From: the human T2T-CHM13v2.0 reference genome, Homo sapiens
Length of the DNA: 64,000 nt
NCBI RefSeq assembly: GCF_009914755.1
Contig: NC_060934.1
Direction: 5' to 3' (one strand)
The notes under the pieces are model-generated. The model was not told the origin of the DNA, made no database searches, and saw only the letters and a program-made list of their open reading frames with translations. Below are positions 13,251-25,573 of the stretch, in pieces. Position 1 is the stretch's first letter; every line of letters begins with the position of its first letter. The translations under genes were made by a program, and so were the position numbers.

Positions 13251-15139
13251 TATTTGATAAAATAACATCCTGTTATGTTTGTTCCTCCTGCCTCTGTCCT
13301 GCTCATCATCATTCCTGTCAATGCATTGAAAACCATATGTGAGTGTAGTTGTGTTAGTCTTTTTAATTTGGCTTCACTGAGGTTTCCCTGGTCTGGGGAT
13401 CTAAGCTGCCCACAGTGCTAATTCCCGCCACTGGATCTGGGTGGATTTCAGCTTGCAGCTCTGCCAGCTGCAAAGTCATTAGGAGGAGTGCATGTGAAGA
13501 GTGGCAAGGGCTTGCTCCGATCTCTCCACACCTGTGCCAATGATGGAGCAGCTGCACCCCACCTTGATAAGCTCAGAGCTCACTCCTGCCTTGGGCCAAT
13601 TTACATCAACCGTCAGAGCTGGGCAGACTGCCTTGAATGTGATAGATAGAGGAGTTGCAATACGTGGCAAACAAATGTTTCAGAGACAGGCAATTATGTT
13701 GTCCTTTCATCCCCAGTGAAGATAAGGGTCAGAAAGTAGCTTCTTCGAGCTAAGCAGCCTATATGCTGCATCATTGTGCCAGCTTCATTAAATTAACAAC
13801 CTTTAAACCTATAGCAGTTTCGAAAACCTTTATATTTAATGAGAAATAAAAGGAAGTTCTTGTCCACAATATTTAATTAAAACAAAAAATTAAAAATATA
13901 AACCTATTGGATTAAAATATCTATATTAAAATGATTCTATATTTCCTATTAGGAATGTACTTTAAAATTCTGACTTATATGGTGTCTTCAGCTCTTGTTC
14001 CCAGTGCTTACCTGCTGCTCTGGTGTAAAAGACGAATGTGAATTGAACACATCCTGAAAAATCGCAGGACCCCTAATAGGAGTTTTGTGTCTGCCTTCTC
14101 TATGATTGTTTTGAAATCACAAATTAGTTGGTAATCCTAAGAAGTACTATGGAACAGAAGAGTTTAACCAGGAGAGTGCTAATTGTCTCTTAATTGGTGA
14201 CTCTTGGTAATTCAGTTTTTCCGTTGTAGGGAATGTTTCAGATTAAGAGCATATTTGTTGCAAGGAACTGCTTGTGTATTTGTGTATTTAATTTTTTGAA
14301 TTTTGAGATACATTTGTGAGTTCATGCTGCTATTATCAAAATTTGCCAGCCCTAATGGTAATATGAAGCATATTTGCACTGACACTTTCAATGGTTTCTA
14401 TTATTGGTACCTGGACAGGCAGGGAAATAAAGCCCTATTTGTTAAAACTAAAAAATTAAGAGGAAACCAAGTCATGGATTTGAATGTATATTCCAGAACT
14501 TTATAATTTTGGACAATTTAATAAGACCAAAATTCCCTCTATATTTCCTTTATTTGCTAACTGACAGGCTGGAAGAGGAATTAATGAGAAATTTTATTTG
14601 AAGTGTTTCATAATATCTATATTAAATTAGATGCCATTTAAGTTTGGGATATTTTCTCCAGTTATTGTTTTTATTATTATTGATTTGGAAAATGATGAAA
14701 CAGCATCCTTGAATTATAGATGTGAATAGCGAAGTTCAGCATTTTAATAAAAAATAAAATAAAAATGTCAAGCACCTGCTAGACATCCAGAATTCTTCTG
14801 TGCTCTACATGGAGTGTGCTATATATAGAGTGATGTATTAGGCAAGGTTTCTCTTGTAGAGAGACTTATGAACTAGAGGATAGGGCCTTAGAGAGTTTTA
14901 TATTTCACAATATAGATGAGGAAATGACTTGATTCCCTTGCTGAAATACAGCTCAACAAGAATGTGCTCCCTCCTTCTTGTCTACTTAAGAGAGAAGGGG
15001 TGTTAGAGCATGGTGCGGAGTGACTGCGTTAGCAGCCTGGCCACAGATGACATGACCTGTTTAGGATGAGAGGATGCCTAAATGCCATTTATTTTTATCT
15101 AATATCCTAACATTATTTCTGGAGAGAGCAGACAATGAA

Positions 15140-15350
15140 GTAAAGTGAGGGTGGATTCAGGAATCAGAAAGACATGGCTTCATGTCCTTGTTCAGTACTG
15201 TACAAGCATTTTGTGTTTGGGTGCAAATGACTAATGTGTTTGAACCTCAGTTTTCTTATCTATAAAAATGAAGATAATACAAAGAGGCTGAAATAAGATA
15301 ACAACAAAAACACCATCCCAATGTCTTACTCCTAGTCTGTGTTTAATGAA
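15140..15350 (+). mobile_element. MIR
   Basis: ggaatcagaaagac..tgaacctcagttttcttatctataaaaatg. Confidence 0.7.
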
Positions 15351-15971
15351 TAGTAGCTTTTGTTTGTTGTGGTGAGGGTTAGGAAGGTGCTTATGTCTGG
15401 ATAAAGGGAATTTAAGAGAGTCATGTTCCCAAGTGAAAGAAAACAAAAGACCTTCAGGTTATCTGTACGTAGCATCATGTTGTCAAAAACTGTAGCTGAG
15501 AGATGAGAACTCCAAAATTGGCATACTTTGCTAGAATATTGGGCATTTCCCTGCACTGGTTTTCATCACTTCCTGTTCATATTCTTCTCTGTCTCTTTTT
15601 CTCAGAGAGAAAAGCAGTGAATGTTTTGAGTAATACATTCAATGGATTTATATTTCAAAACAAGGAAGGAGGGTGATTTGGTGGAGAGGGAAGATTAAAG
15701 GGGGAGGGTAGTTTAAGACTTAGAATCAAGGAAAGCAGTGAGGGAAAGGAGGAATGTGGCCCGAAGGCTTGAGGCTCAGGGAAGAATCTGAGTGGGGCCA
15801 AAATGTGAGCTGGGGTGTTCAGCAGCAGGAACCCCTCATTTTCAAGCACTGGCCTGTTGGGGGTGCTGAGATTGCAGGATGAGAAGTAAAGGCTGGAAAC
15901 GTCTCTTTCAGGCCTGATTCCACTAGAGAGTCTTCCTGAGGAAGGTGAAAATAATTTCGTTCCTATTCTAG

Positions 15972-16579
15972 TGATATAGGAGTTAAGAAGAAATCACTTA
16001 GGCAGACAGTAAAGGTATGGGAGTCCTCTGTAAGGCTTTTCTTTTTAATGAAAAGCAGCCCCAAATCATTTCCTAACAAAGAGCAGTCTGTAAAGTAGAG
16101 CTGCAAACATAGACAAGCAAGCTGGGAGCTTGCATGGGTGAATGCCGGCAGGAACTAGGGACTAGATGTGTTAAAGATGGCAGCTCCATCTTCCCTTGTC
16201 TACCAGCCACGTGTGCAGTAAAGAGCAGACAAGATGGCACTGGCCAAGGAGAGTTTATTTGCATCGTAAGGTTAGGGTGGGGCGACCAGCCTTCTCTGAG
16301 CGCTATGTAAACGTTACACCTGATGGAACCAATCTGTGAGCCCTACCTAAATCAGACACCGCTTCCTCAAGCTGGACTATAAAATGTGCATCCGCCACTA
16401 GTCAGTCTTTTCTGCTGGGAAGGCTCCTTTCTCTCAATAGAGAGAGCTGTTTTTCTCTCCCTTTTCTTCTGCCTATTAAACCTCCATTCCTAAACTCCTG
16501 GTGTGTCTCCGTGTCCTCAATTTTTCTGCCGCGAGATGATGAATCCTAGGTATATACCCCAGACAATGTAACAGCTTCA
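15972..16579 (+). mobile_element. ERV1 solo LTR (LTR9-like)
   Basis: TG...CA termini, 608 bp, 4-bp TSD ctag; internal CCAAT, TATAAAA and ATTAAA signals. Confidence 0.8.
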
Positions 16580-17319
16580 CTAGGAGTGGAATTTTAATAA
16601 TTATGTAAAACCACAAGGAGCAGCCAGAGGAGGAGAAGGTGTAGAAGTGAGAGAAGCCAGGAGGACTGTAGTGGCAGCCTGAAATGGTCAAATGTTTTCA
16701 TCCCCAATGAATAGAATTCTAATCACTATGCATTAGTATAAGCACAGGAACTGTGCTAAGTTTAATAAACAGCCTTATTTTCATCTTTTACATGACATTT
16801 GTATAACATGTATAATTTCTATAAATTGCCTTGGTGTCCAGAGATGTATACATGTCTCTAAAGGAAGAAGCCCTCATATGCTAAATGAATTATGATGATC
16901 GACTTACTTGGGTTAATAATTGATTCACATGAAAGTGAGTAACAGACCAAATTAGAAATTGCTAATTGCCCCATTAGTGACTTGAGAGAGAGAGAAAAAA
17001 AAAAAACCTCACACTTTAAACTGTTGTCAATTTGACTGTAGGCGAAAATTTAATTTCTCTAAAAAAAAAAAATAGCATTCAAAGTAGTCAACTTTAAGTA
17101 GAATCTGTTCTCCAGGCTTTTTGTTTTCTCTTTAGATGTAGATGCCTTTCTTATCTCCAGTTTCCAATCAGATTTAGATAGCTATAGATATAGGTACTGA
17201 TTGATGCATTCATCCATCCCCACTTCCAGCACACTACCCCTTCCACCCTTTTGATGTTCCTAGCTTAACCAGAAGAAATAAGCCTGTCATCATCAGTGAA
17301 AGGAAGGTAAAGAGTGTCT

Positions 17320-17560
17320 TGCAGTGGTTATGGTTATGGTCCTAGAAATTTGAGAATTGGTTTGCAATTCTAGCTCTAGTGCTTATTTACTGTGTGATCC
17401 TAGATAAGTTCTTGAACCTCTCTGAGCCACTTACTCATGAACAAAAGTAGATAAAATAATAGCATTATAATGAGGATTACATGAAATAATGTCTATAAAA
17501 CAGTTGTCACAACATCTGGTACTTGGTAAGTAGTTATAAATGTTTGGTCTCATTATTAGT
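17320..17560 (+). mobile_element. MIR
   Basis: ctgtgtgatcctagataagttcttgaacctctctgagcc. Confidence 0.75.
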
Positions 17561-17599
17561 AATATTGTTGATAATTATCACAAAAGTAAAAGGTTATTG

Positions 17600-18651
17600 G
17601 TAAAATTCAACAGTAAGTAAGTAAACAACCCAATTAAAAATTAGCTAAAGATCTGAACAGACATCTTACCAAAGAAGATATACAGATGGCAAATAAACAT
17701 ATGAAAAGATGCTCAACATTATATGTCATTAAGAGAATTCAAATTAAAATAACAATTAAATACCACTACATACCTCTTGGATTGACTGAAATCCAAACAC
17801 TGACACCACCAAATACTGGTGATGATGTGGAGCAACAGGAACTCTCATCCATTGCTTGTGGGAGTGTAAAATGATACATTCACTTTGGAAGATAGTTTGG
17901 CCATTTCTAAAAAAGCTAGACATATGTTTATCATATGAGTCAGTCATCATGCTTCTTGGTATTTACCCAGATAAGTTGAAAACTCATGGATACACACACA
18001 AAAAAAAACTGTGCCCAAGGGTTTATAACAGCTTTATTCATAATTGTTCAAACTTGGAAGCAACCAAAATGTCCCTTCAGTAGGTGAATGGATTTAAAAA
18101 AAACCGTGATACATCTAGACAATGAAATATTATTCAGGGATGAAAAGAAACAAGCTATCATGACGTGAAAAGACATGGAGGAAACCTAAATGTGTACTAC
18201 TAAGTGAAAGAAGCCAATCTGAAATGCTTGCAAACTATAACTGCAGCTGTGTGACATTCTGAAAAAGACAAAACTGTAGAGACAGTAAGAGGCAGTAAAA
18301 AGATTAGTGGTTGCCAGATGATGAGCTGGGGGGCAGTTGGAGGGTGCAGGGAAGAGGGATGAATAGTTTGAGTACAGAGGATTTTTAGGGCAGTAAAATT
18401 ATTTTTTTATGATACTGTAATGCTAGCCAAATATTATAAATATGTGAAAACCCACAAAATGTGCAATAGGAAAAGTAAACCCTAATGTAAACTATAGACT
18501 TTAGTTAATAATAAGGTATTAATATTGGTTCAATTGTAATAAACCATGTGTGTGTGGGTGGAGGGGTAAGGGAATGTATGGGAGCTCTGTACTTCCTGCT
18601 CAATGTGGTTTTTCTGTAAACCTAAAAATGCTCTAAAAATAAAGGTATTAA
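17600..18651 (+). mobile_element. L1 3' end (L1MC1/2-like)
   Basis: ORF 17686 MANKHMKRCST matches L1 ORF2 C-terminus; 3' UTR ends aaacctaaaaatgctctaaaaataaag. Confidence 0.85.
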
Positions 18652-19184
18652 AGTCACTGGGGATAAAAAGATCTTAAAAAGGTTATAAAAGACAGTGATA
18701 TCCGAAGTATCAAGAATCAGACTGATATCAGACTTCTCAAAAACAGTGGCATAAAATGCTTTCAAAATTGAAGGAATATGATTTTAAATGTAGAAATGTC
18801 ACCTGAGTAGAATAAAATCATTTTTAAACATAAAAAAATATTATTGGTGCTATGATCAAAGTCTGTACAGTGAGGCAGAAAGGAAGTCAGTGCTACTCTG
18901 GGAGAGATTTAAGAAAGGCTTGACAGAATAAGTAGCCCCTAAATCTTAAAAATGAGGAGGTGAATGAGAAATGGATATACAGAGGAAATGTATACTGGGT
19001 AGAAGGAGCAACAGCATCAAGGATGAAGTATCGTGGTACATTCTGGAAACTACCAGTAGTTCCATATGGGTGCGATTTAGAGTAGCAGTGGGGAATATGG
19101 GCTAGGATAAAACTAAGATGTAAAGTGGCTACCTCCTGAATGGTCCTGTATGTCGTGCCAAGCTTCCAAACTTTACAGTTAGAC

Positions 19185-19411
19185 CAGGGGTTGACAAACT
19201 TTCTCTGTAAGTGGCTGGGGGCAACTAGTTTGGACTTTGTGAGCCATGTGGTCTTATTTGCCACTGCTCAGCTCAGCTGTGGTAGCACGAAGGCAGCCAT
19301 AGACAATATACAAATGAATGGGAGTGTCTGTGTTCTAATAAAACTACTTTATTTACAAAACCAGGTGGAAGGCTGGGTTTGGCCTAGAGGTCATAGTTTG
19401 CCAACACCTCT
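19185..19411 (+). mobile_element. MER58A (hAT-Charlie MITE)
   Basis: caggggttgacaaact..gcagccatagacaata..tgttctaataaaact..catagtttgccaac. Confidence 0.9.
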
Positions 19412-19794
19412 TCTACATCACGGAGAGTTAAAAAAGTTTTAACCGGGCAAGTAACATCACATTTGAGTTTCAGAAAAATTATCTCAATGGTAGTGCAAAG
19501 AATGTACCAGGCAATAGCAGGACAAGGGAGAAGAGGATTATTTCAGAGACAGTGATAATAACCTAGGCAAGATACAGAGAAGCCATAATCCAAACCACTG
19601 AGGAATGAAATAATGTATGAGAGAGTAAAAGATGTGAAGAGAGTACAATCAGTAAAATGGTCATGGATTAAAGTGCACGAAAGACAGGAAGGAGGAGTAC
19701 TTTAGTCTCAATGGCACAATATATTATATTTCTGATAGAATAAGAGGAAAAGAAACTACATTTAGTAGAAATATATTGGGTTTAGTTTTGAGCT

Positions 19795-20340
19795 TCCTGA
19801 GGTTCAGCCAGAAATCTGACCAACTACTATATAAATGACCCATGATGCCCTCTGTATGTTAGTCCCTAGGTTGTTTATTTCTTCATGGCAGGCTAAGACC
19901 TATTAGCTCAAAAGCATACTAGTCCAAAACTCAAATTGCTACACACCCAATTGTTTTAAATATAGCTCAAACAAGCAGATTTTTAGCCATTTGGAGCCTG
20001 CCTGCTTTGCATACCCCACAAAACTGCATCTAACATCTGCTAGCTATAGATAGAATAAAACCCTGGGTATTTAATACCCCAAGTTGCTACTGCCACTTGG
20101 AGCTCTCTGACCCAAAGACTTCATGCCTTGCTACTGCGAGACAGAAACTAGACATGTAAACCCCTCTCCGATACTCCTTTTCCCTAAGAGTTCCCTTGCC
20201 CTCCTACCCATGGTCTCATGCTGCAGGGGCTGATGTTTCAGACACATCAGCCAAATAAAGCATGTGCGTGCTACTGCCACCTCGTGGTCATATCTTTTTC
20301 CTTGATCAGTTCCACAATTCCCCAAACTCCATAATTACAG
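19795..20340 (+). mobile_element. Probable old LTR (ERVL-type, subfamily uncertain)
   Basis: interrupts L2; AATAAA near the 3' end; ends ..ttaca. Confidence 0.45.
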
Positions 20341-21199
20341 AGATCCATGAAAGCTTTGTTGGTATATGTCGGATATTTGATGTCAAAGGAGTGGGTGATT
20401 TTTCTGAGGAAGACCGTATAGAGTATGAAGAGGAGGTCAAGGATGAAAACCTTACAGATTCCTCAGGAGATGTCATTACATAACATCCGGGAACAAGATA
20501 AGAAGCTTGAAAAGAAATTACTAAGAAGGAAATAAGACAGCAAGCTGGGAGTACTATAAAGGAAAGAAGCAATTTCAAGAAAAAAAGAATGGTCTAGTTT
20601 TAGTTCCACAGAGAGGTCAAAAAAGGCTAGACCTGAAGCCAATTTACTGTATTTGGATATTAGGGGCTCCTTGCAGGAGCAGTTTCAGTGGAATAATCAG
20701 GACAGAGCCCTGATGGTAGTGAGTTGAAAAGTGCCTAGAAAGTGAGAGAAATTTTGAAGAGTTAAGCAATAGAGAGTGAGAACAATATAAGCCCTGATAT
20801 GGATTGCTGAGTGACACAGAGATTTTCAATGAGGACGGAGACTGTAAATAACAATTCATACATCATGTGCTTTTCTGTAGGTCTACAGACACCCAGAAGG
20901 ACAACCAGGGAAGGAAAGATTGCGTTGATCTAAGGAGGAAGATTTTAAGGGCAGGAATCTTAGGTAGATAAACAAATGTGTGGAACTACTGTAGATGTTG
21001 GTGAGAGCATGGCATGTTGAATCACAATATTTACACAGGATAGGGAGAACAAGAATCTTTGACTAAGTTAAGGCCCTAGGCCCTAAAATACAGATAATTT
21101 AAAAGACTTGGGTTTCCAAAAAGTGTTCACTGTAGGAATGTTAGGAATGAGAGATGAGAAAGCTGTATGAACAACACATTATAAAAGTTCATATCTGGT

Positions 21200-21400
21200 G
21201 CTGTGGAAAGAGAACTGGGCTTGATATCAAACTAAGATCTGACTGTGATTCTGTCACTTCCTAGCAGGCTGACCTTGGATGAATCGTCCATTGACTCTGA
21301 GCTCAGTTGAATGGTAAGATGGGAAAATTTACTTTTCTATGGCATTCGTTGGTATCAGACTCAAGGGAAATATTAATAGGTGTGATGATGTTTTATGCAT
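21200..21400 (+). mobile_element. MIR
   Basis: gtggaaagagaactgggcttg..tgaccttgg..ctctgagctcagtt. Confidence 0.65.
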
Positions 21401-21472
21401 ATGTAAAATTGATGCACAGTAAGGTCTGTGGCATGTTAGGATGTCCATATTACTCTTGATTGTCTTTATACA

Positions 21473-22010
21473 TAGTCACTCCTTATCCACCATTTTGCTT
21501 TTTGTGGTTTCAGTTACCCAAGGTCTACTGTGGTCTGAAAATATTAAATGAAAAATTCTAGAAAAAGAGATTTATAAGTTTTAAATCATATGCCATTCCA
21601 AGTAGTGTGATGAAATCTGAAGCCTTTCTGTTCTGTCCTACCTGACACGTGAATTATCCCTTTGTCCAGCATATCCATGCTGTACACATGCTACCCATCT
21701 GTTAGTCACTTAGCAACCATTTGGGTTATTAGATGGGCTATCATAGTATCACAGTGCATGTGTTTAAGTAATCCTTATTTTACTGAATAATGGCCCCAAA
21801 ATGCAAGACTAGTGATGCTGGCATGCTGTTATAATTGTTCTATTTTATTATTGATTATTATTGTTAATGTCTTACTGTGCCTACTTTATAAATTAAACTT
21901 TATCATAAGTATCATGTATATGTAAACACATAATACAGTTTATATAGGGTTTGGTATTATCCTCAGTTTCAGGCATTCAATGGGGGTCTTGGAATGTATC
22001 CCCTGTGTAT
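21473..22010 (+). mobile_element. MER44 (Tigger7 derivative)
   Basis: ggtttcagttaccc..ggtctgaaaatattaaatg; ttcaggcattcaatgggggtcttggaatgtatcccc. Confidence 0.85.
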
Positions 22011-22034
22011 AACAATATAGAAACACTCAAATTG

Positions 22035-22200
22035 ATGGTTCTCAATCCTGACTGCTTATCATAATTTTCTACAGAGCTTTTTAAAAATACATATGCTTGG
22101 CTTCTAATTCTTATTCCAAATTCAGAAAGGGACCTGTATTAAAAAAACACAAAAACAAAAAACCTCCAGAGGTGATTCTTATGTGTCATTCTGACAAGAA
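22035..22200. mobile_element. MER5-like hAT MITE
   Basis: tggttctcaatcctgactgc..ccagaggtgattct. Confidence 0.55.
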
Positions 22201-25200
22201 CTCTAAACTTTCAAAATTGAACTGGAGAAAGGAAGTTCCTGAATAGCTGAGTGGTAGTGTTTCTGAGATAGCAAAACCTTTACTTTGTTTGATTGTCTTT
22301 GATTGAAACAAGTATTTTGAGCAACCCTAGATATACTTTTCCCTCAATAACATTAAAATGTGTATTATCTTATTCTGTTTTACACTTTTATAATATTTTT
22401 TGGCTAATGTTCCTCATAAATACATTCTCATTTAAAATATTTTTATGATAAATAAGTGGCAAGAATATTACAGTCTTTGGAAAGATTGATAAAAAATAAT
22501 CAAACAAAGGTCTTTTTAAGTACAAATACTTGAAAGATTTTGAATAGGATTGAATGGCTGAGGGAATGAAAGTTAAACTACAACTTAAAAAATTTACATT
22601 TGAAAATAATTGGTATTTTCTCATGTTATAATTTAAAATTTTTTTCAAGTATGTTAATTCATTTTGTCATTTTTTAATATCCCCTCACAGCTGGACATGA
22701 TTGTTATTGTTATCATCCCTAATTTACAAATACTGAAACTAAGCCTCATGGAGTGACCACTTGAAGATCACATATCTAGTAAGTGGAGAGCTGAAATTCA
22801 AAGGCAGGGGATCTTACTTAAAATGTCACACTGTTAAAAAATCTCCCAAAACTGGGAGGCAAAGGCAAAAAATGGGCCAAGTTGATCATAACTGACTTAA
22901 AATTACAATGAGTTTAGTGGCCACGGTTAAAATGACAGAGTAGGTAGTTCCAAAGGCCTGCCTCTCCAGAAAAAACACTGAAAAATTGAATGAAAATGGT
23001 CAGAATCAACTTTGTCAGAACTCTGGGAAATAGTCAAAAATTTATAGCAAATAAGCAAACACTGAATCAAAAAAGATAACGTAAAAATGGCAAGAAAGCT
23101 TTGTGGCAGTTTTATCTGCTTTTACGCCTCTGCCATCCCTAGCTCAGTTGTGGTCTAAAGACAGAAGCTGCTGTTCCCAGTGTGAAGCCTTGGTCCCTGC
23201 TTTTGGACGGAGCAGAAAAAAACTTAATCTCAAATAACTTTTTTGGTCTGTTTTGACTGTTTGGGGACTACCTGAAGAACTGATATAAAGCATTTGCCTT
23301 TGTTTTACCTAGTTTTGAACTTTTTCAGGGCAGGAAAGCACCTATACCTAGGGTATTTCTTGAAAACATTGTAAGGCAAATGAGCAACCCGGTGCTATCT
23401 GGGGCTAAAGATTACAGTTGACACAAATAGTACACACGCTGAAAGCCTGGGAGAAAGATTCTTTGGGAAATTAGGGAAAGAATATCACCCATGTATATCA
23501 GGGACTTTTGAAAGTCACACACAAGCTTGGCATAAAACGTGTGCTCAGAAAAAAATCTGAAAAGACCCTAAGCTTTTATCTCTGGATGACCCCTAGGCTC
23601 AGCACAAACAGTTAAAGAAGGCTAAGGCAGAGTTCTAAATTGCCTGGCTAAGCATTAAATCAGTGTCCCAACACAGAGCCAATCTCCAAAGACTGGGAAA
23701 GTTTCTTTCTCTTCTTTCCTCTCTCTCTTCCTGCTTTTTCTTTCTTTATCCCAGGTGGACACGGTAAATACCCTAGCTGACCAAGCTAAAGGAACAGAGA
23801 CTTCAGAGACTACACATGACAAAGAATTAGACTTTACAAAAATTATTAGAAATGTCACTAAGCAAACAACTCTACCCAAAGTAAGCAGCAAAAACAAACC
23901 CTGGAGAGGGAAGAAAAATCATATTTCTAGAGTTGCCACATTATAATATTCCAAGATGTTTGGTTTTCAACAAAAAAATAAGAAGCATGCAAATAAAGGA
24001 GGTATAGCACATGCATAGGGGAAACTACAGAAACTGTTCCTGAGAAATCACTGACATTGAATGACTTACTAGACAAAGATTTTAAGTCAACTGTTTTAAA
24101 TATGCTCAAGGAGTTAAAAGAAACCAGAAGAACTATGTCTCACCAAATAGGAAATATTGACAAAGAATTATAAGTTATAGAAAGAAACACAGCAAGAATT
24201 TTGGGGCTGAGAATGATAATAAATGAAGTAAAAAATCCACTAGAGGATTTCAATAGCAGATGTGAGCAGGCAGAAGAAAGAATCAGCAAATTTGAAGGTA
24301 GGTTAATTAAAATTATTAAGAAAGAGTAGCACAAAGAAAAGAGAATGAAGATAATAAACAGAGCCTAAGAGACCCTTGGGGCACCATCCAACATATACTC
24401 AAAATGGGACTCTCAAAAGAAGAGAGAATGGGGAAATAATATTTGAAGAAATAATGACTGAAAACTTCCCAAATTTGATAGAAGACACAAAACTACATAT
24501 CTAAGAAGGTCATTGAACTCCAGGATGGATAAATGCAAAGAGGTCCACACTGAGCTATGTTATGATCAAACTGTCAAAAGTTAAAAATAAAGAAAATCTG
24601 AAAGCAGCAATAGGAAAGTGACTGTCACATACCAGGTACCCTCAATGACATTGACAGCCAATTTTTAGCAGAAACTGGAAGTCAGAAGGCAGTGGGATGA
24701 CATAGTAAAAGTGCTGAAGGAAAAAATATCTGTTACTCAAGAATTCCATATTCAGCAATATTCTTTTTCAACAATGGAGGGAAAGTTAGGAGAGCCTCAG
24801 ATAAACAAAAGTGATGGGAGTTCGTCACTAGCAAACATGTAACACATGAAATGATAAAGAGAGTCCTTCAGGCAAAAGCAAAGACACAAGAAAGTAACTT
24901 GAAATCATATGAGAAAGAAAGAACCCTGGCAAAGGTAGCAACATATGTAAATACTAAAGCCAGTATTGTGGAATTTTTCATTTGTAACTCTTTCCATTTG
25001 TAAATGATTTAAAAGACAAATACATAAAAATTGTAAATCTATGTTAATTGGAGCACAATGAATAAAGATGTCATTTGTGACAACATAAAGGGGCAAGGGT
25101 AGCCTGTATAGAAGCAGGGATTTTGTATATTATTGAGCCTAAATTGAATTAATTAAAAATAGATTGTTATAAGTTTAAGAGGTTAATTATAATCCCCAGG

Positions 25201-25229
25201 TATCACTAAGAAAATAACTAGAATTTTAT

Positions 25230-25573
25230 TGTCTTAGCTCAGCTGCTATAACAAAATACCATAAGCTGGGTGGCCCACAAACAACAGAAACTTATTTTTC
25301 ACAGTTCTGGAGGCTGGTAGTTAAAATCATGGAACTAGCATGGTCAAGTTCTTGTGAGGGCCCTCTTCTGGTAGACTGCTAACTTCTTGTTGTATTCTCA
25401 CATGGCAGAAAGAGCAAGCTAACTCTCTGGCTTATTCTTATATGGGCACTAATCACACTGTTTGGGCTTTACCCTCATCACATAATTACCTCTCAAAGGC
25501 CCTAATACTACCACATTGGGGTTAAATTTAAACATATTAATTTTGCAGAAACATGAACATTCAGCCAATAACA
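25230..25573 (-). mobile_element. MaLR LTR, MLT1A-like
   Basis: tgtcttag..gctgctataacaaaataccataagctgggtggc. Confidence 0.85.

Larger units (their letters stand above)
18850..21000 (-). mobile_element. L2 fragments, interrupted by MER58A and an LTR
   Basis: purine-rich degenerate L2 segments (e.g. gagcagtttcagtggaataat..gagtgag). Confidence 0.55.
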
